This document shows positions 18,924 to 28,109 of a DNA stretch of 64,000 bases, piece after piece. The translations under genes were made by a program, and so were the position numbers. Below the pieces are notes generated by a model that was not told the DNA's origin, did not search any database, and saw only the letters and a list, made by a program, of their open reading frames with translations. Source of the stretch: Actinomycetota bacterium (lineage in GTDB: Bacteria; Actinomycetota; Thermoleophilia; Solirubrobacterales; JACPNS01); the NCBI GenBank assembly GCA_016213645.1, contig JACQZY010000019.1, positions 4,125-68,124 on the forward strand, in the 5' to 3' direction. The stretch's first letter is position 1. Each line of letters begins with the position of its first letter.

Positions 18924-20186
18924 CTAGGACTGGTCCACTCCCGCGGATACGGCCGCACGACCGTTCGAGCCCATGCCAACTGACTGCGCGCGTTGTAGCT
19001 GCTTGCCCTCGGTCTGAAGCGACGGGGCCACCATCACCTCGGCGCGATGAAACTCCGGAATGTCGGCGTAACCGGTGGTGGCCATCGAGGTGCGCAGGCC
19101 GCCCATCAGGTTGAAGGTGCCGTCGTTCTCGTTTGCGGGGCCGAGCAGGATCTGCTCCAGCGAGCCGTTCTGCTCGGTGCGCACGCGCGCGCCGCGCGGC
19201 AGCGTCGGGTGGAACGTGGCCATGCCCCAGTGAAAGCCGCGGCCCGGCGCCTCGTAGGCGCGTGCCAGCGGCGAGCCGATCATAACGGCGTCGGCGCCGC
19301 AGGCGATCGCCTTCGACACATCGCCGCCGTTGCGCATGCCGCCGTCGGCGATCACGTTGACGTACTCGCCGGTTTCAAGCATGTGCTGACTACGCGCCGC
19401 CTGAACGTCCGCGATCGCGGTGGCCTGCGGCACGCCCACGCCCAGCACCCCGCGCGTGGTGCAGGCGGCGCCTGGACCCACGCCCACGAGCACACCCACG
19501 CAGCCGGTGCGCATCAGGTGCAGGCCGGTGGAGTAGGAGGCGCAGCCGCCGAGCACGCAAGGCACCGGCACCTCCTGAATGAATTCTTTGAGGTTGAGCG
19601 GGTCGGTCGTGGTGGAAACGTGCTCGGCGCTGATCACGGTGCCCTGGATCACGAGAATATCCAGACCGGCCTCAAGCGCGATCTCGTAGTACTCCGTGAC
19701 CTTCTGCGGCGTCAGCGACGCCGCCGTCACTACGCCCTGCTCCTTGATCTCACGGATGCGCTGTCCGATCAGCTCGGGCTTGATCGGCTCCTCGTAGATC
19801 TTCTGCATCTCGGAGGTGGCCTTCTCCGGCGGGTATCCGGCGATCTTTTCAAGCTGCTCCTCGGCGTCCTCGTAGCGGGTGAAGATCCCTTCGAGATTGA
19901 GCACGCCCAGCCCGCCGAGCTTGCCCACAATGCCGGCCGTTTTGGGCGAGACGACGCCGTCCATCGCGCTGGCCAGCAGCGGCAGTTCAAAGCGATACGG
20001 TCCGAGTGTCCAGGAGATGTCCACGTCGTTGGGGTCACGCGTCCTGCGTGACGGAACGATTGCGATGTCGTCGAACCCGTAGGCGCGACGTCCCTTCTTG
20101 CCTCGACCGATCTCTACTTCCACGTGGTCCCTCTTGCTCGCCGTCGTTTCAGCTCTCGCGATCCCGTTCCGTCGGGATCTGCGCAT
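18924..20186 (-). CDS. guaB3: GuaB3-type IMP dehydrogenase-related protein (no CBS pair)
   Basis: VEIGRGKKGRRAYGFDDIAIVPSRRTRDP N-terminus, a TIM barrel with ADGGMRNGGD, and no CBS insert. Adjacent to guaA. A likely shorter start is GTG 20123. Confidence 0.85.
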   Translation of the reverse strand: MRRSRRNGIARAETTASKRDHVEVEIGRGKKGRRAYGFDDIAIVPSRRTRDPNDVDISWTLGPYRFELPLLASAMDGVVSPKTAGIVGKLGGLGVLNLEGIFTRYEDAEEQLEKIAGYPPEKATSEMQKIYEEPIKPELIGQRIREIKEQGVVTAASLTPQKVTEYYEIALEAGLDILVIQGTVISAEHVSTTTDPLNLKEFIQEVPVPCVLGGCASYSTGLHLMRTGCVGVLVGVGPGAACTTRGVLGVGVPQATAIADVQAARSQHMLETGEYVNVIADGGMRNGGDVSKAIACGADAVMIGSPLARAYEAPGRGFHWGMATFHPTLPRGARVRTEQNGSLEQILLGPANENDGTFNLMGGLRTSMATTGYADIPEFHRAEVMVAPSLQTEGKQLQRAQSVGMGSNGRAAVSAGVDQS

Positions 20187-20315
20187 GTTCGCTGGATCGG
20201 CGAGGAACGGCTCTGCAAGGCCGCTGGTCTTTAAGTTATCAGCGGGATAGACGGCAGAATCCAGCGTCCGTCACACTCGCGCTAAACCCCTGCAAAGCGG
20301 CTAATACCGCGCGAG

Positions 20316-21269
20316 TCAGCCAACGACCGGGCGGCTCACCGCGGTCAGCTCGACTTTGTCCACGAGCTGGTCCACGGCCGCCGGTTCCAGCGTACCGGCG
20401 CCAAAGTGCTGCGTCGACTCGGCGCCACAGGCGACCGCGTAGCGCAGCGCCGCCACGTCATCCAGGCCGATATAGCGCGCAGTCACGAAACCCGCCAGCA
20501 GCGCGTCGCCCGAACCAACGGTGGTGACTGCGTCGAGCACCGGCGCCTTGACGTGCAACGTGACGTCCGGCTCCTCGGCGAACACGGCCCAGCAGCCGTG
20601 CTCGTCGGTGACGATCGAGTCGCGCGCGCCGAGTCCGCGGATCTCGGCCGGCGCGGCCGCCAAATCCTCGGCGTCGCCGAACTCGTGACCGACGAGTTCC
20701 TCGGCCTCCACCACGTTCGGCGTGACGAGATCCGGTTCGGCCTTCACGGCCAGGCTCATCACTTCGCCCTCGGCATCAATGATCGTGGTCACATCGAGCT
20801 TGCGCAGGCCACCGATCAGCTCGCCGTAGAAGCCCGCGGGGATGCCGCGGGGAATCGAACCGGCGATCACGCAGATGTCGGCGCCGCGCGCCAGGTACAT
20901 CAGCTTTTCGCGAAAAAGCTCCAGCTCGGCCTCGGTCACGGTGGGGCCGTGCTCGTTGATCTCGGTCTGCCGGCCGTTGGTGGGGTCGGTCACGACGGTC
21001 GACGTGCGCGACTCCTCACCGATACGTACAAAGTCATTGAGCACGGACTCGCCCGTGAGGTACTCGATGATGCGCGTACCGGTGGCGCCGCCGGCGAAAC
21101 CGGTGGCGATCACGGGCTGCCCCAGACACTTGAGCGCGCGGGCGACGTTGATGCCCTTCCCACCCGCGGCAGCGTGCTTCTGCACGGCGCGATGGCGCGC
21201 GCCGAGGCGAAAGTGCGGAACGGCAAGCGTGTTGTCGATCGCGGCGTTGAGTGTGACCGTGATGATCAT
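20316..21269 (-). CDS. 1-phosphofructokinase-family hexose kinase (PfkB family)
   Basis: MIITVTLNAAIDNT, GGKGINVARAL, and C-terminal TVGSGDALLAG. Confidence 0.85.
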   Translation of the reverse strand: MIITVTLNAAIDNTLAVPHFRLGARHRAVQKHAAAGGKGINVARALKCLGQPVIATGFAGGATGTRIIEYLTGESVLNDFVRIGEESRTSTVVTDPTNGRQTEINEHGPTVTEAELELFREKLMYLARGADICVIAGSIPRGIPAGFYGELIGGLRKLDVTTIIDAEGEVMSLAVKAEPDLVTPNVVEAEELVGHEFGDAEDLAAAPAEIRGLGARDSIVTDEHGCWAVFAEEPDVTLHVKAPVLDAVTTVGSGDALLAGFVTARYIGLDDVAALRYAVACGAESTQHFGAGTLEPAAVDQLVDKVELTAVSRPVVG

Positions 21270-22579
21270 GGTGCGTGCGGGCGGGCGGCAGCCCTGCCGA
21301 TGCCCTGCGGACGCAATCTCGCGCGTCGACGCATAAGCAGCAGTCCAATCATAAACACGAGCGACAAAATCAGCATCGCGGGTATTAGACGCTGCAACTG
21401 ATGAAGCAAAACGGCCTGCACCGGCGGCGCGGGCACGGCGTCGCGCAGAAACACCGCGGCCTCGTTGTACTTGCGGCCATTGCGAGTGACGATCACGGTG
21501 CCCACGCGGGCGCCGGCCGCAAGCGGGCCCTCAAGTTCCTTTGGTGTGGTCAGCACGACCTTGTAGCGCTCGCCGTCTCGCAGCGCGAACTCAACTGTAC
21601 GTTCGGCATAGACCTCGGCAGTGCGGTCCTGCAACGCAACCGGCAGTTCGGTCAGCGCGCGGCGTGCCCGAACCGCACGCACCGGCTTGAAGAATTTGCG
21701 GCCAAACCGCAACAGTTTCAGACTGTCGTTCCAGCGACCCGACTCGGTCGGCTCCCCCATCACGACCGAGATCACCCGCGCGTCGAGCTTGCTTGCCGCA
21801 CCGACCAGCAGATAGCCGGCCCTCAAGGTGTGGCCGGTCTTCACGCCCTCCACCCAGTCGTAATCCTGCAAAAGCTTGTTGCGGTTGGTGATGTGTCGCA
21901 CGCGCGCGCCGGATCGCAGCGTGGCGCGCCGCCTGCCCACGATCGAGCTGAAGCGCGGTTCGCGCATCGCCACGGCGGTGAGTTTGGCCAGGTCACGCGC
22001 CGACGAGACCGTGCGCGGCGTGTCCAGACCGACCGGATTTCCGTAGTGCGTGTCGCGCAACCCGAGCGCGCGAGCGCGCCGGTTCATCGCGCTCACGAAC
22101 GCTCCGCGCGAGCCCGCCAACCGTGCGGCCAGCGTGTCCGCCGCGTCGTTGGCGCTCTCCATCAACAAGGCCTTCAACAGGTCTGACGCCGTCATGCGCT
22201 CTCCGGCGCGCAGACCGATCACGGACTCGGCGGCATCCGGGTGATAGGCCGTCGCGGCGATCGTCTGACCGGGGCGCGAGCGGGAGATCGCCACCAGCGC
22301 CGTCATGATCTTGGTCGTGCTGGCGATCAGCCGGCTGTCGCGTGCATGGATGGACCACAGCGCCCGGCCGGTGGCCGCGTCGGTCACGATTCCGGCCTTC
22401 ATCGACGTACCCGTCGGCATACGCGGCACGCGTACGCTCACGGTCTGCTCGGAGATCGTGCGGGCGACGGAGTCGGCCGCCAAAGCCTCTCCGGCCGCGG
22501 ACGCCGACACCAGCGCCGCGACGAGCGCGATCAACGCGATGGTCCTCGGCCGCGCCGGCAACTCGCGGCGCATCGTCAC
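21266..22579 (-). CDS. D-alanyl-D-alanine carboxypeptidase (peptidase S11, PBP5-like)
   Basis: SxxK (ASTTK), SxN (SAND) and KTG (KTGHT) motifs. Signal peptide. C-terminal TM anchor. Confidence 0.85.
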   Translation of the reverse strand: MTMRRELPARPRTIALIALVAALVSASAAGEALAADSVARTISEQTVSVRVPRMPTGTSMKAGIVTDAATGRALWSIHARDSRLIASTTKIMTALVAISRSRPGQTIAATAYHPDAAESVIGLRAGERMTASDLLKALLMESANDAADTLAARLAGSRGAFVSAMNRRARALGLRDTHYGNPVGLDTPRTVSSARDLAKLTAVAMREPRFSSIVGRRRATLRSGARVRHITNRNKLLQDYDWVEGVKTGHTLRAGYLLVGAASKLDARVISVVMGEPTESGRWNDSLKLLRFGRKFFKPVRAVRARRALTELPVALQDRTAEVYAERTVEFALRDGERYKVVLTTPKELEGPLAAGARVGTVIVTRNGRKYNEAAVFLRDAVPAPPVQAVLLHQLQRLIPAMLILSLVFMIGLLLMRRRARLRPQGIGRAAARPHAP

Positions 22580-23085
22580 TTAAGTTTGAGCTTCTGCCCC
22601 GGCTGCAACGCGCGCGGGTCCACGTCCGGATTCAGCTCGGCGAGCTTGTCCACGTCCACGCCCGTTTGTTCGGCGATCGCCGCGAAGCTGTCACCGGGCT
22701 TGACCTTGTAGGTGGCTTTCGCGGGCACGACCTCACCCGACTCGGTCGTCGTGTCGCCCTTGCCGGAATCGGACGATCCAGAGCCCGAAGAATCGGACTG
22801 CCCCGACGTTGCCGACTTGGAACCGTCGCCGGCACCCTTTGTCGTCGTGTCAGAACCGCTGCTGAGCACGCTAAAGACGGCGATCGCGCAAATGACAAGC
22901 GCGACCGGAGCCAGTAGCCGCGCGACGTGTCCGGTCGGGCTCGGCGTCAGGTCCCGGCGGCGGCGCGACGTGTCGGCCGAAGGGCGCGTGCGCGTCGGCG
23001 CGCGCCTGGTTCCTGCCCGCTGGGTTTCGCCCGCGGTCCGGACCGGCGTTTTGCCGCTTTGTGTTCCGCTCTTCGCTTCTGCCAT
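22576..23085 (-). CDS. LysM domain membrane protein
   Basis: Basic N-terminus, one TM (LLAPVALVICAIAVFSVL), a Ser/Gly-rich linker, and a C-terminal LysM (YKVKPGDSFAAIAEQTGVDVDKLAELNP). Confidence 0.7.
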   Translation of the reverse strand: MAEAKSGTQSGKTPVRTAGETQRAGTRRAPTRTRPSADTSRRRRDLTPSPTGHVARLLAPVALVICAIAVFSVLSSGSDTTTKGAGDGSKSATSGQSDSSGSGSSDSGKGDTTTESGEVVPAKATYKVKPGDSFAAIAEQTGVDVDKLAELNPDVDPRALQPGQKLKLK

Positions 23086-23164
23086 TTCCGGCGATCATAA
23101 CGGCGTAAGCACGCGCCTCCGACAGCTTTGCAACCGTACTCGCGCGTCGCGACCGGCACAAGCT

Positions 23165-24097
23165 TCAGCCGGATACCGCCCAGATCGCCGCACGCAGCCG
23201 TGCCGCGGCGGCGCGAGCCGCGTCCACCGGGTCTTCGCCGGGCGTGTCCGCGGCGTTCACCAGAGCTCTAGAGACCGTCACCAGGGCGGCCGCCCGCGCG
23301 GGCGAGAAGGCGGCCGCGAGATCCTCGACCTTGCCGCCCTGCGCGCCGACGCCGGGAATCAGAAAGACGGCTCGTGGCAATGCCGACCGCAGGCGTTCGA
23401 TGTGCTGGGGCGCCGTCGCGCCGACGACCGCGCCAAGCGACGACAGACCGCTTTCGCCCACGTAGTGTTCGCCGAGTTCGCCGACCATGCGCGCGATCCG
23501 GTCGCTCACGCTTCCGCCGCCTTCGACCACGAGGTCTTCAATGTCCACCGCGCCGGGGTTCGACGTGCGAACCAGCGCAAACACGCCGCCGCCGCGCGCC
23601 CATGCGCGTTCAAGCAACGGCTCCAGCGAGTCCCCGCCGATCAGCGGATTTGCGGTGGCGGCGTCGGCGGCGAGCCCGCCGGTCTCGCCCCAGGGGGTCG
23701 AGACCGGACCAAACAGCGCCTCGCCGTAAACGCTCGCGGAGACGGGTACGTCACCGCGCTTGCCGTCGGCGATCACGAGCAGTCCGTGCTCGTGAGCCGT
23801 GGCGACGGTGTCCTCCAGCGCCTGCCAGCCGGCCGATCCCAGCCGCTCAAAACAGGCGAGTTGAAGCTTTACGCCCGCGCAGTCGCCGCCTACGGCGGAG
23901 ATCACGGCGCGGCAGTGGGCGCTTACGGCCCTTGCCGCCGTGACGGCCGGATTCTCGCCGGAGCCGCTGTCCGCGGCCCCGACCGCCGACGGCCAGAGTT
24001 TGGCCGGGTCGGGGTCGAGGCCGAGGACCAGCTGACTTTCTCGTTCCTCAACGAGCGCAGCGAGCCGGTCGCCGAATGGCTGAGGCTGATTCGAGAT
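23165..24097 (-). CDS. pyrF: orotidine 5'-phosphate decarboxylase, type 2; start codon apparently non-canonical
   Basis: VKLQLACFERLG, IADGKRGD and PGVGAQGG motifs. The conserved N-terminal FGDRLAALVEERESQLVLGLDPDP lies upstream of the first ATG/GTG/TTG (GTG 23905). The 5' end is set at ATC 24097-24095 (see findings). The 3' end and frame are secure. Confidence 0.75.
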   Translation of the reverse strand: MSNQPQPFGDRLAALVEERESQLVLGLDPDPAKLWPSAVGAADSGSGENPAVTAARAVSAHCRAVISAVGGDCAGVKLQLACFERLGSAGWQALEDTVATAHEHGLLVIADGKRGDVPVSASVYGEALFGPVSTPWGETGGLAADAATANPLIGGDSLEPLLERAWARGGGVFALVRTSNPGAVDIEDLVVEGGGSVSDRIARMVGELGEHYVGESGLSSLGAVVGATAPQHIERLRSALPRAVFLIPGVGAQGGKVEDLAAAFSPARAAALVTVSRALVNAADTPGEDPVDAARAAAARLRAAIWAVSG

Positions 24098-24375
24098 CAG
24101 CCGCCCTTGACGGTCTGCTTGAGCTTGGCGCCGGCGGAAAACCGCGGCACCTTGCTGGCTGCGATCTGAATACGCTCGCCGGTCTGTGGGTTGACGCCCT
24201 GGCGCGCGCTGCGATCCGAGACGCTGAACTTTCCGAAGCCGGTGAAGGCCACTTCGCCGCCGCGCTTGAGCGTGTCGGTGATCGTGTCGAGCACGGCGTC
24301 GACGGCGCGGGTGGCGTCAGCATTGCTGATGCCGGCACGCTCGCGTACCTGGCTAATGAATTCTTGCTTTGTCAC
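24097..24375 (-). CDS. hup: HU-family nucleoid-associated DNA-binding protein
   Basis: VTKQEFISQV...FTGFGKFSVSDRSARQGVNPQTGERIQIAASKVPRFSAGAKLK. GTG 24375 is preceded by a GAGGAGG SD. The track start at 24417 adds an unlikely 14 aa. Confidence 0.9.
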   Translation of the reverse strand: MTKQEFISQVRERAGISNADATRAVDAVLDTITDTLKRGGEVAFTGFGKFSVSDRSARQGVNPQTGERIQIAASKVPRFSAGAKLKQTVKGG

Positions 24376-24517
24376 AACTGCCTCCTCGTTGAGGGTGAGG
24401 TTCGATTCGCACCGCAAGCTAACGGCTATCGCGGCGGAAAGTCGCTTGGAAAGCGGGTTTCCGTGGAAATACGGGGCTTTTTTGTGCTATTTGGGGCGCA
24501 GCGGACCGCGATCGGGC

Positions 24518-25882
24518 TCAATCGCCGGCGATCGTCATCTCGCCGATCAGCAGCGGCGCGGCCAGTACGGAGCCGCCGAACGGCACCCAGCGGCGCTCCG
24601 CGCCGACCGCCCGCACCGCGCTCAGCATCGAGATCAAATCGCTCGCGATCGTTGCTTCGCGTACGGGTCCGGCGAGCTTGCCGTCTTTGATTTCAATGCC
24701 GGACGCGCCCACGCTGAAGACACCCGAGACCGGGTTGACGCCCGAGTGCAGCCCGACGACCTGCGTGACGTAGAGACCGTCGCCGGCCTGCGCGATCAGT
24801 TCGTCCAGCGTGGCCGTACCGGCGTCGATCACGATGTTCGTGGCCGCGGGCGACGGTCTGCCGCGGTACGAGCCACGGCGGCCGTTGCCGGTTGACGCAG
24901 CACCGGCTTCACGCGCCGTCCGCGCGTCGTAGAGAAGGTTGCGAACGCGCCCGTCGCCGATCAGCGACGCGCGCGACTGCGGCACACCCTCACCGTCAAA
25001 CGGAGCACTCGCCGGGCCACCGGCAATCAGGCCGTCATCGGCGATTGCCAGCACGGGCGACGCGATTTCTTCTTGCTCGCGACCGACAAACGGCGAGCGC
25101 CCGCGCAGCACGGCTTCACCCGAGAGCGCGCCCGCAACGATGCCCATGAAGCTCGCGGCGGTGAATGCGTCGAGCAGTACCGGCGCGCGTCGTCCCGCGA
25201 TGCGACGGGCACCCACCAGCGCGGCCGCGCGCGCGGCGGCTTCGCCGCCGATCGCGTCGGCGTCCAGCTCGTCGGGTCCGCGGCCAATGCCAAGGCCCAG
25301 GCCGGTCATCAGCGCGTCTCCCTCGCCCGCGAAGGCCGAGCTATATGCGTAAGCGCCGGAGGACTCGTATGCGCCACAGAAACCCTCGCTGTTAGCCAGC
25401 GCCACAAAGCCCCGCGAATCCGCGTAGATCGACTGCTCGACCTGACTGACGCGCGAGTCGGCCGTGCGCGCGGCGTCGTCCACGGCAATCGCAAGTTCCA
25501 CCTTGCGTTCGGTGGTCCAGTCCGCAAACCCCGGCGACACCAGCTCGCCGGCGTCGGCGGCGGCACACTCGCCCGGCAAACCGCCGAACTCGTCCGGGTC
25601 CGAGTATTCGGCGATCTCAACGGCGCGCGCGGCCAGCGTGCGCAGGCCGTCGTCACCGAACGTCGTGCCAAACGCGTAGCCGCAGCGCCCCTCGGACTTG
25701 AACACGCGAATACCCACGCCCGCTTCGCCGGCCTCGGTCAAGCTCTCGACGGCACGGTCGTAGACACGAATTTCGGCTTCGCGCTCGTCCTGACAATACG
25801 CCTCGGCGTGCTCGGCGCCCGCCGCGAGCGCCAGTTCGACCGCCCGCCTCGCGGCGTCGCTCAGCTTTGCCGCATCACTCAT
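24518..25882 (-). CDS. pmbA: TldE/PmbA-family metalloprotease subunit
   Basis: 454 aa PmbA_TldD family protein lacking the HExxxH motif. 4-nt overlap with tldD upstream. Confidence 0.85.
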   Translation of the reverse strand: MSDAAKLSDAARRAVELALAAGAEHAEAYCQDEREAEIRVYDRAVESLTEAGEAGVGIRVFKSEGRCGYAFGTTFGDDGLRTLAARAVEIAEYSDPDEFGGLPGECAAADAGELVSPGFADWTTERKVELAIAVDDAARTADSRVSQVEQSIYADSRGFVALANSEGFCGAYESSGAYAYSSAFAGEGDALMTGLGLGIGRGPDELDADAIGGEAAARAAALVGARRIAGRRAPVLLDAFTAASFMGIVAGALSGEAVLRGRSPFVGREQEEIASPVLAIADDGLIAGGPASAPFDGEGVPQSRASLIGDGRVRNLLYDARTAREAGAASTGNGRRGSYRGRPSPAATNIVIDAGTATLDELIAQAGDGLYVTQVVGLHSGVNPVSGVFSVGASGIEIKDGKLAGPVREATIASDLISMLSAVRAVGAERRWVPFGGSVLAAPLLIGEMTIAGD

Positions 25883-27273
25883 CCCCCCGTGCCTCCCACC
25901 GTGATCTCGCGCAGCAGCACGTGTGGCTGGCCAACACCCGCCGGCACGCGCTGGCCCGCTTTGCCGCAGTAGCCCGTGGCGATCTTGAGGTCGCCGGCGA
26001 TTGCCTCGATCACCTGCAACACGGCCAGACCGTTGCCGGTCAACGTGGCTCCGGTGACCGGCTTCGTGACGCGTCCGTTTTCGATCAAATACCCCTCGCT
26101 CACGCCGAACACGAAGTCGCCGGTGGCCGGCTCCACCTGGCCGCCGCCGAACGAAACGGCATAGAGACCGTTGCCGGCCGCCTCGATCAGGTCCGCCACC
26201 TGAGCGTCTCCGGGAGCGAAGTACGTGTTTGTCATGCGCGGTACCGGCAGATGGCGAAACGACTCACGCCGCCCGTTGCCGGTGGAAACGGCTTCGTCAC
26301 GTGCCGCGCGCAGCCGGTCGTACAAAAAAGATTCCAACACGCCGTTGCGCAGAATCGGCACCTTCTGCGTGGGCATGCCCTCGTCGTCGATCCCGTCGGT
26401 GCCCCACGCGCCGGGCAGACGGCCATCGTCGAAGGCGTTGACAAAGCCGGGCGCCAGCCGCTCGCCGATGCGACCGGCGTAGACGCTGGCGTCCTTTTGC
26501 ACAGCGTCGCTTTCCAGGCCGTGGCCGACGGCCTCGTGCAGCAGCACGCCGCCGAAGCCGTTACCCACCACCACCGGCATCTTTCCGGCCGGCGCCGGCA
26601 CCGCGTCAAGCGCGGTCAGCGCCTTGCGCGCGGCGGACTCGGCGATTCGCCGGGGATCGTCTTCAAGCAGTTCGAAACCGGCGTGTCCGCCGTGCGTCTC
26701 GGTGCCGTTTTCGATGCGACCGTCGCGGCGCGCGACCGCCTGCACCGCCAACCGCACGCGAATGCGGTCATCGCCGGTGGCGAGGCCGTCGGAGTTGTAG
26801 ATCGTGACGGTGCGACGATTTTCGGCATAACCGGCGCTGACCTGGGTGATCTCCCCACCGGTCGCGCGCGCGGCGTCGTCACAGGCACGCACCACGTCAA
26901 CCTTGTCGGCGAGCGACACATCCTCGGGCGCGCGACGCACCGTCTGCGGATTGACCTGCGCCGCCGCCGCAAGCGTCTGGGGCTTAAGCGCCTGGCCGCG
27001 AGACGCCTGCGCAATCGAATCCGCGATCTCCGCCAGACGCGGCTCCTCAAGCGAATCAACGTGACCGAAGTACGTGGCATCGCCCACCACGAGCCGGATG
27101 CCCACGCCCTCCTCGGCGCCGTCGGAGGCACCCTCGATGCGCCCGTCGTCAAGTGAAACCGAAAGCCCGTGCCGACGCTCCGCGTAAACCTCGGCAAAGT
27201 CGCCGCCGCGCGCCAGCGCACGCGCGATCACGCGCTCGGCGACGTCCGGATCAATCAGTGGAGAGCTCATCAC
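25879..27273 (-). CDS. tldD: TldD-family metalloprotease
   Basis: 464 aa. Catalytic LLHEAVGHGLESD (HExxxH). Paired with pmbA. Confidence 0.9.
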   Translation of the reverse strand: MMSSPLIDPDVAERVIARALARGGDFAEVYAERRHGLSVSLDDGRIEGASDGAEEGVGIRLVVGDATYFGHVDSLEEPRLAEIADSIAQASRGQALKPQTLAAAAQVNPQTVRRAPEDVSLADKVDVVRACDDAARATGGEITQVSAGYAENRRTVTIYNSDGLATGDDRIRVRLAVQAVARRDGRIENGTETHGGHAGFELLEDDPRRIAESAARKALTALDAVPAPAGKMPVVVGNGFGGVLLHEAVGHGLESDAVQKDASVYAGRIGERLAPGFVNAFDDGRLPGAWGTDGIDDEGMPTQKVPILRNGVLESFLYDRLRAARDEAVSTGNGRRESFRHLPVPRMTNTYFAPGDAQVADLIEAAGNGLYAVSFGGGQVEPATGDFVFGVSEGYLIENGRVTKPVTGATLTGNGLAVLQVIEAIAGDLKIATGYCGKAGQRVPAGVGQPHVLLREITVGGTGG

Positions 27274-27331
27274 AAAGGGTTCCGGCCCGCGCGAAATCCG
27301 CTTCGCCCGGCCGACCGGTCACACTATATGC

Positions 27332-27499
27332 ATGCTCGTCGGCCGCATCGCCTGGTCAATCACGACCGTCTTGTTCGTCGCCACCGCCGTGGCGCTGGTG
27401 GCCTCCGGCTACGACGGATACGCGGCCGTGTTCGGGGCCGTGGCCCTGGCGGCCGCCGTCAACCTGCTGCCGCGACCGGGCAGCCGCGAGCGTTCGTAG
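27332..27499 (+). CDS. possible 55-aa two-TM membrane peptide (below the ORF-track cutoff)
   Basis: My own translation gives MLVGRIAWSITTVLFVATAVALVASGYDGYAAVFGAVALAAAVNLLPRPGSRERS. G/C-rich third codon positions. Fills the gap between tldD and rdgB. No homology recognised. Confidence 0.3.
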   Translation: MLVGRIAWSITTVLFVATAVALVASGYDGYAAVFGAVALAAAVNLLPRPGSRERS

Positions 27500-27508
27500 C
27501 CGGGCGAT

Positions 27509-28099
27509 TCAGCCCCGACCACGCAGCCACTCAAGCAGTTCGCGCGCGGCGCGTCCGCGGTGGCTGATCGCGTCCTTTTGGTCCTGCGTCAGCTCGGCCA
27601 TCGTGCGGTCGTCGTCGTAGTCGTCCGGAATTACAGCCGGGTCATAGCCAAAGCCGCCCTCGCCGCGAGTCTCGTCCGTCAGCTCGCCGCCACAGCGCCC
27701 CAAAAAGACGCGTTCGCTCACGCCGCCCGGTTCGGCATAGGCGATTGCGCAGACATACTCAACATGCCGGTCCGCATGACGGCCAACCTGCTCGATCAGC
27801 TTGGCGAGGTTTTCCGCGTCACTCGCGCCTTCGCCCGCGTAGCGCGCCGAATACACGCCGGGCGCACCGTCCAGAGCCCGCGCGGAAATACCGGAGTCAT
27901 CGGCGATCGCCGGCGCGCCGATCGCCTCGGCCGCGGCGCGGGCTTTATCCATCGCGTTGGCCTCGAACGTCTCGCCGGTCTCCGGCGGCAGTTCGACCGT
28001 GTCCGGTAGCGGCACGATCTCCCATCCGGGCAAAAGTCCCGCAAACTCGCGCAACTTGTGCGCGTTGCGCGTGGCGAGCACGATTTCGCGGGCCGGCAT
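27509..28099 (-). CDS. rdgB: RdgB/HAM1 non-canonical purine NTP pyrophosphatase
   Basis: IVLATRNAHKLREF, ADDSG, RYAGE and GGFGYDP motifs. ATG 28099 is preferred over the track start at 28189. Lies downstream of rph. Confidence 0.9.
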   Translation of the reverse strand: MPAREIVLATRNAHKLREFAGLLPGWEIVPLPDTVELPPETGETFEANAMDKARAAAEAIGAPAIADDSGISARALDGAPGVYSARYAGEGASDAENLAKLIEQVGRHADRHVEYVCAIAYAEPGGVSERVFLGRCGGELTDETRGEGGFGYDPAVIPDDYDDDRTMAELTQDQKDAISHRGRAARELLEWLRGRG

Positions 28100-28109
28100 C
28101 GCGATGGGC

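Noticed and set aside
22712-24169. 485-aa plus-strand ORF
   Set aside because: Antisense to the LysM gene, pyrF and the end of hup. Low-complexity Arg/Ala composition and no recognisable motifs.
24418-24517. T-run (ggggcttttttgtgc) that might be a terminator upstream of hup
   Set aside because: The T-run is on the plus strand, where no gene ends. The preceding stem is only 4 bp (ccgt/acgg). On the coding (minus) strand it reads as an A-run. More likely it is just AT-rich promoter DNA for hup.
25867-27156. 429-aa plus-strand ORF, and similar shadows (57600..58817 -, 30817..31980 -, 36863..37828 -, 19047..20051 +, 20406..21401 +, 34413..35378 -, 53071..53724 -, 54753..55478 -, 55482..56162 -)
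   Set aside because: Each is antisense to a gene with strong family signatures (tldD, sufB, nadB, the alpha/beta hydrolase, guaB3, pfkB, hyuA/hyuB, sufC/sufD, sufS), and each has the Arg/Gly/His/Val-rich composition of non-coding frames in GC-rich DNA.
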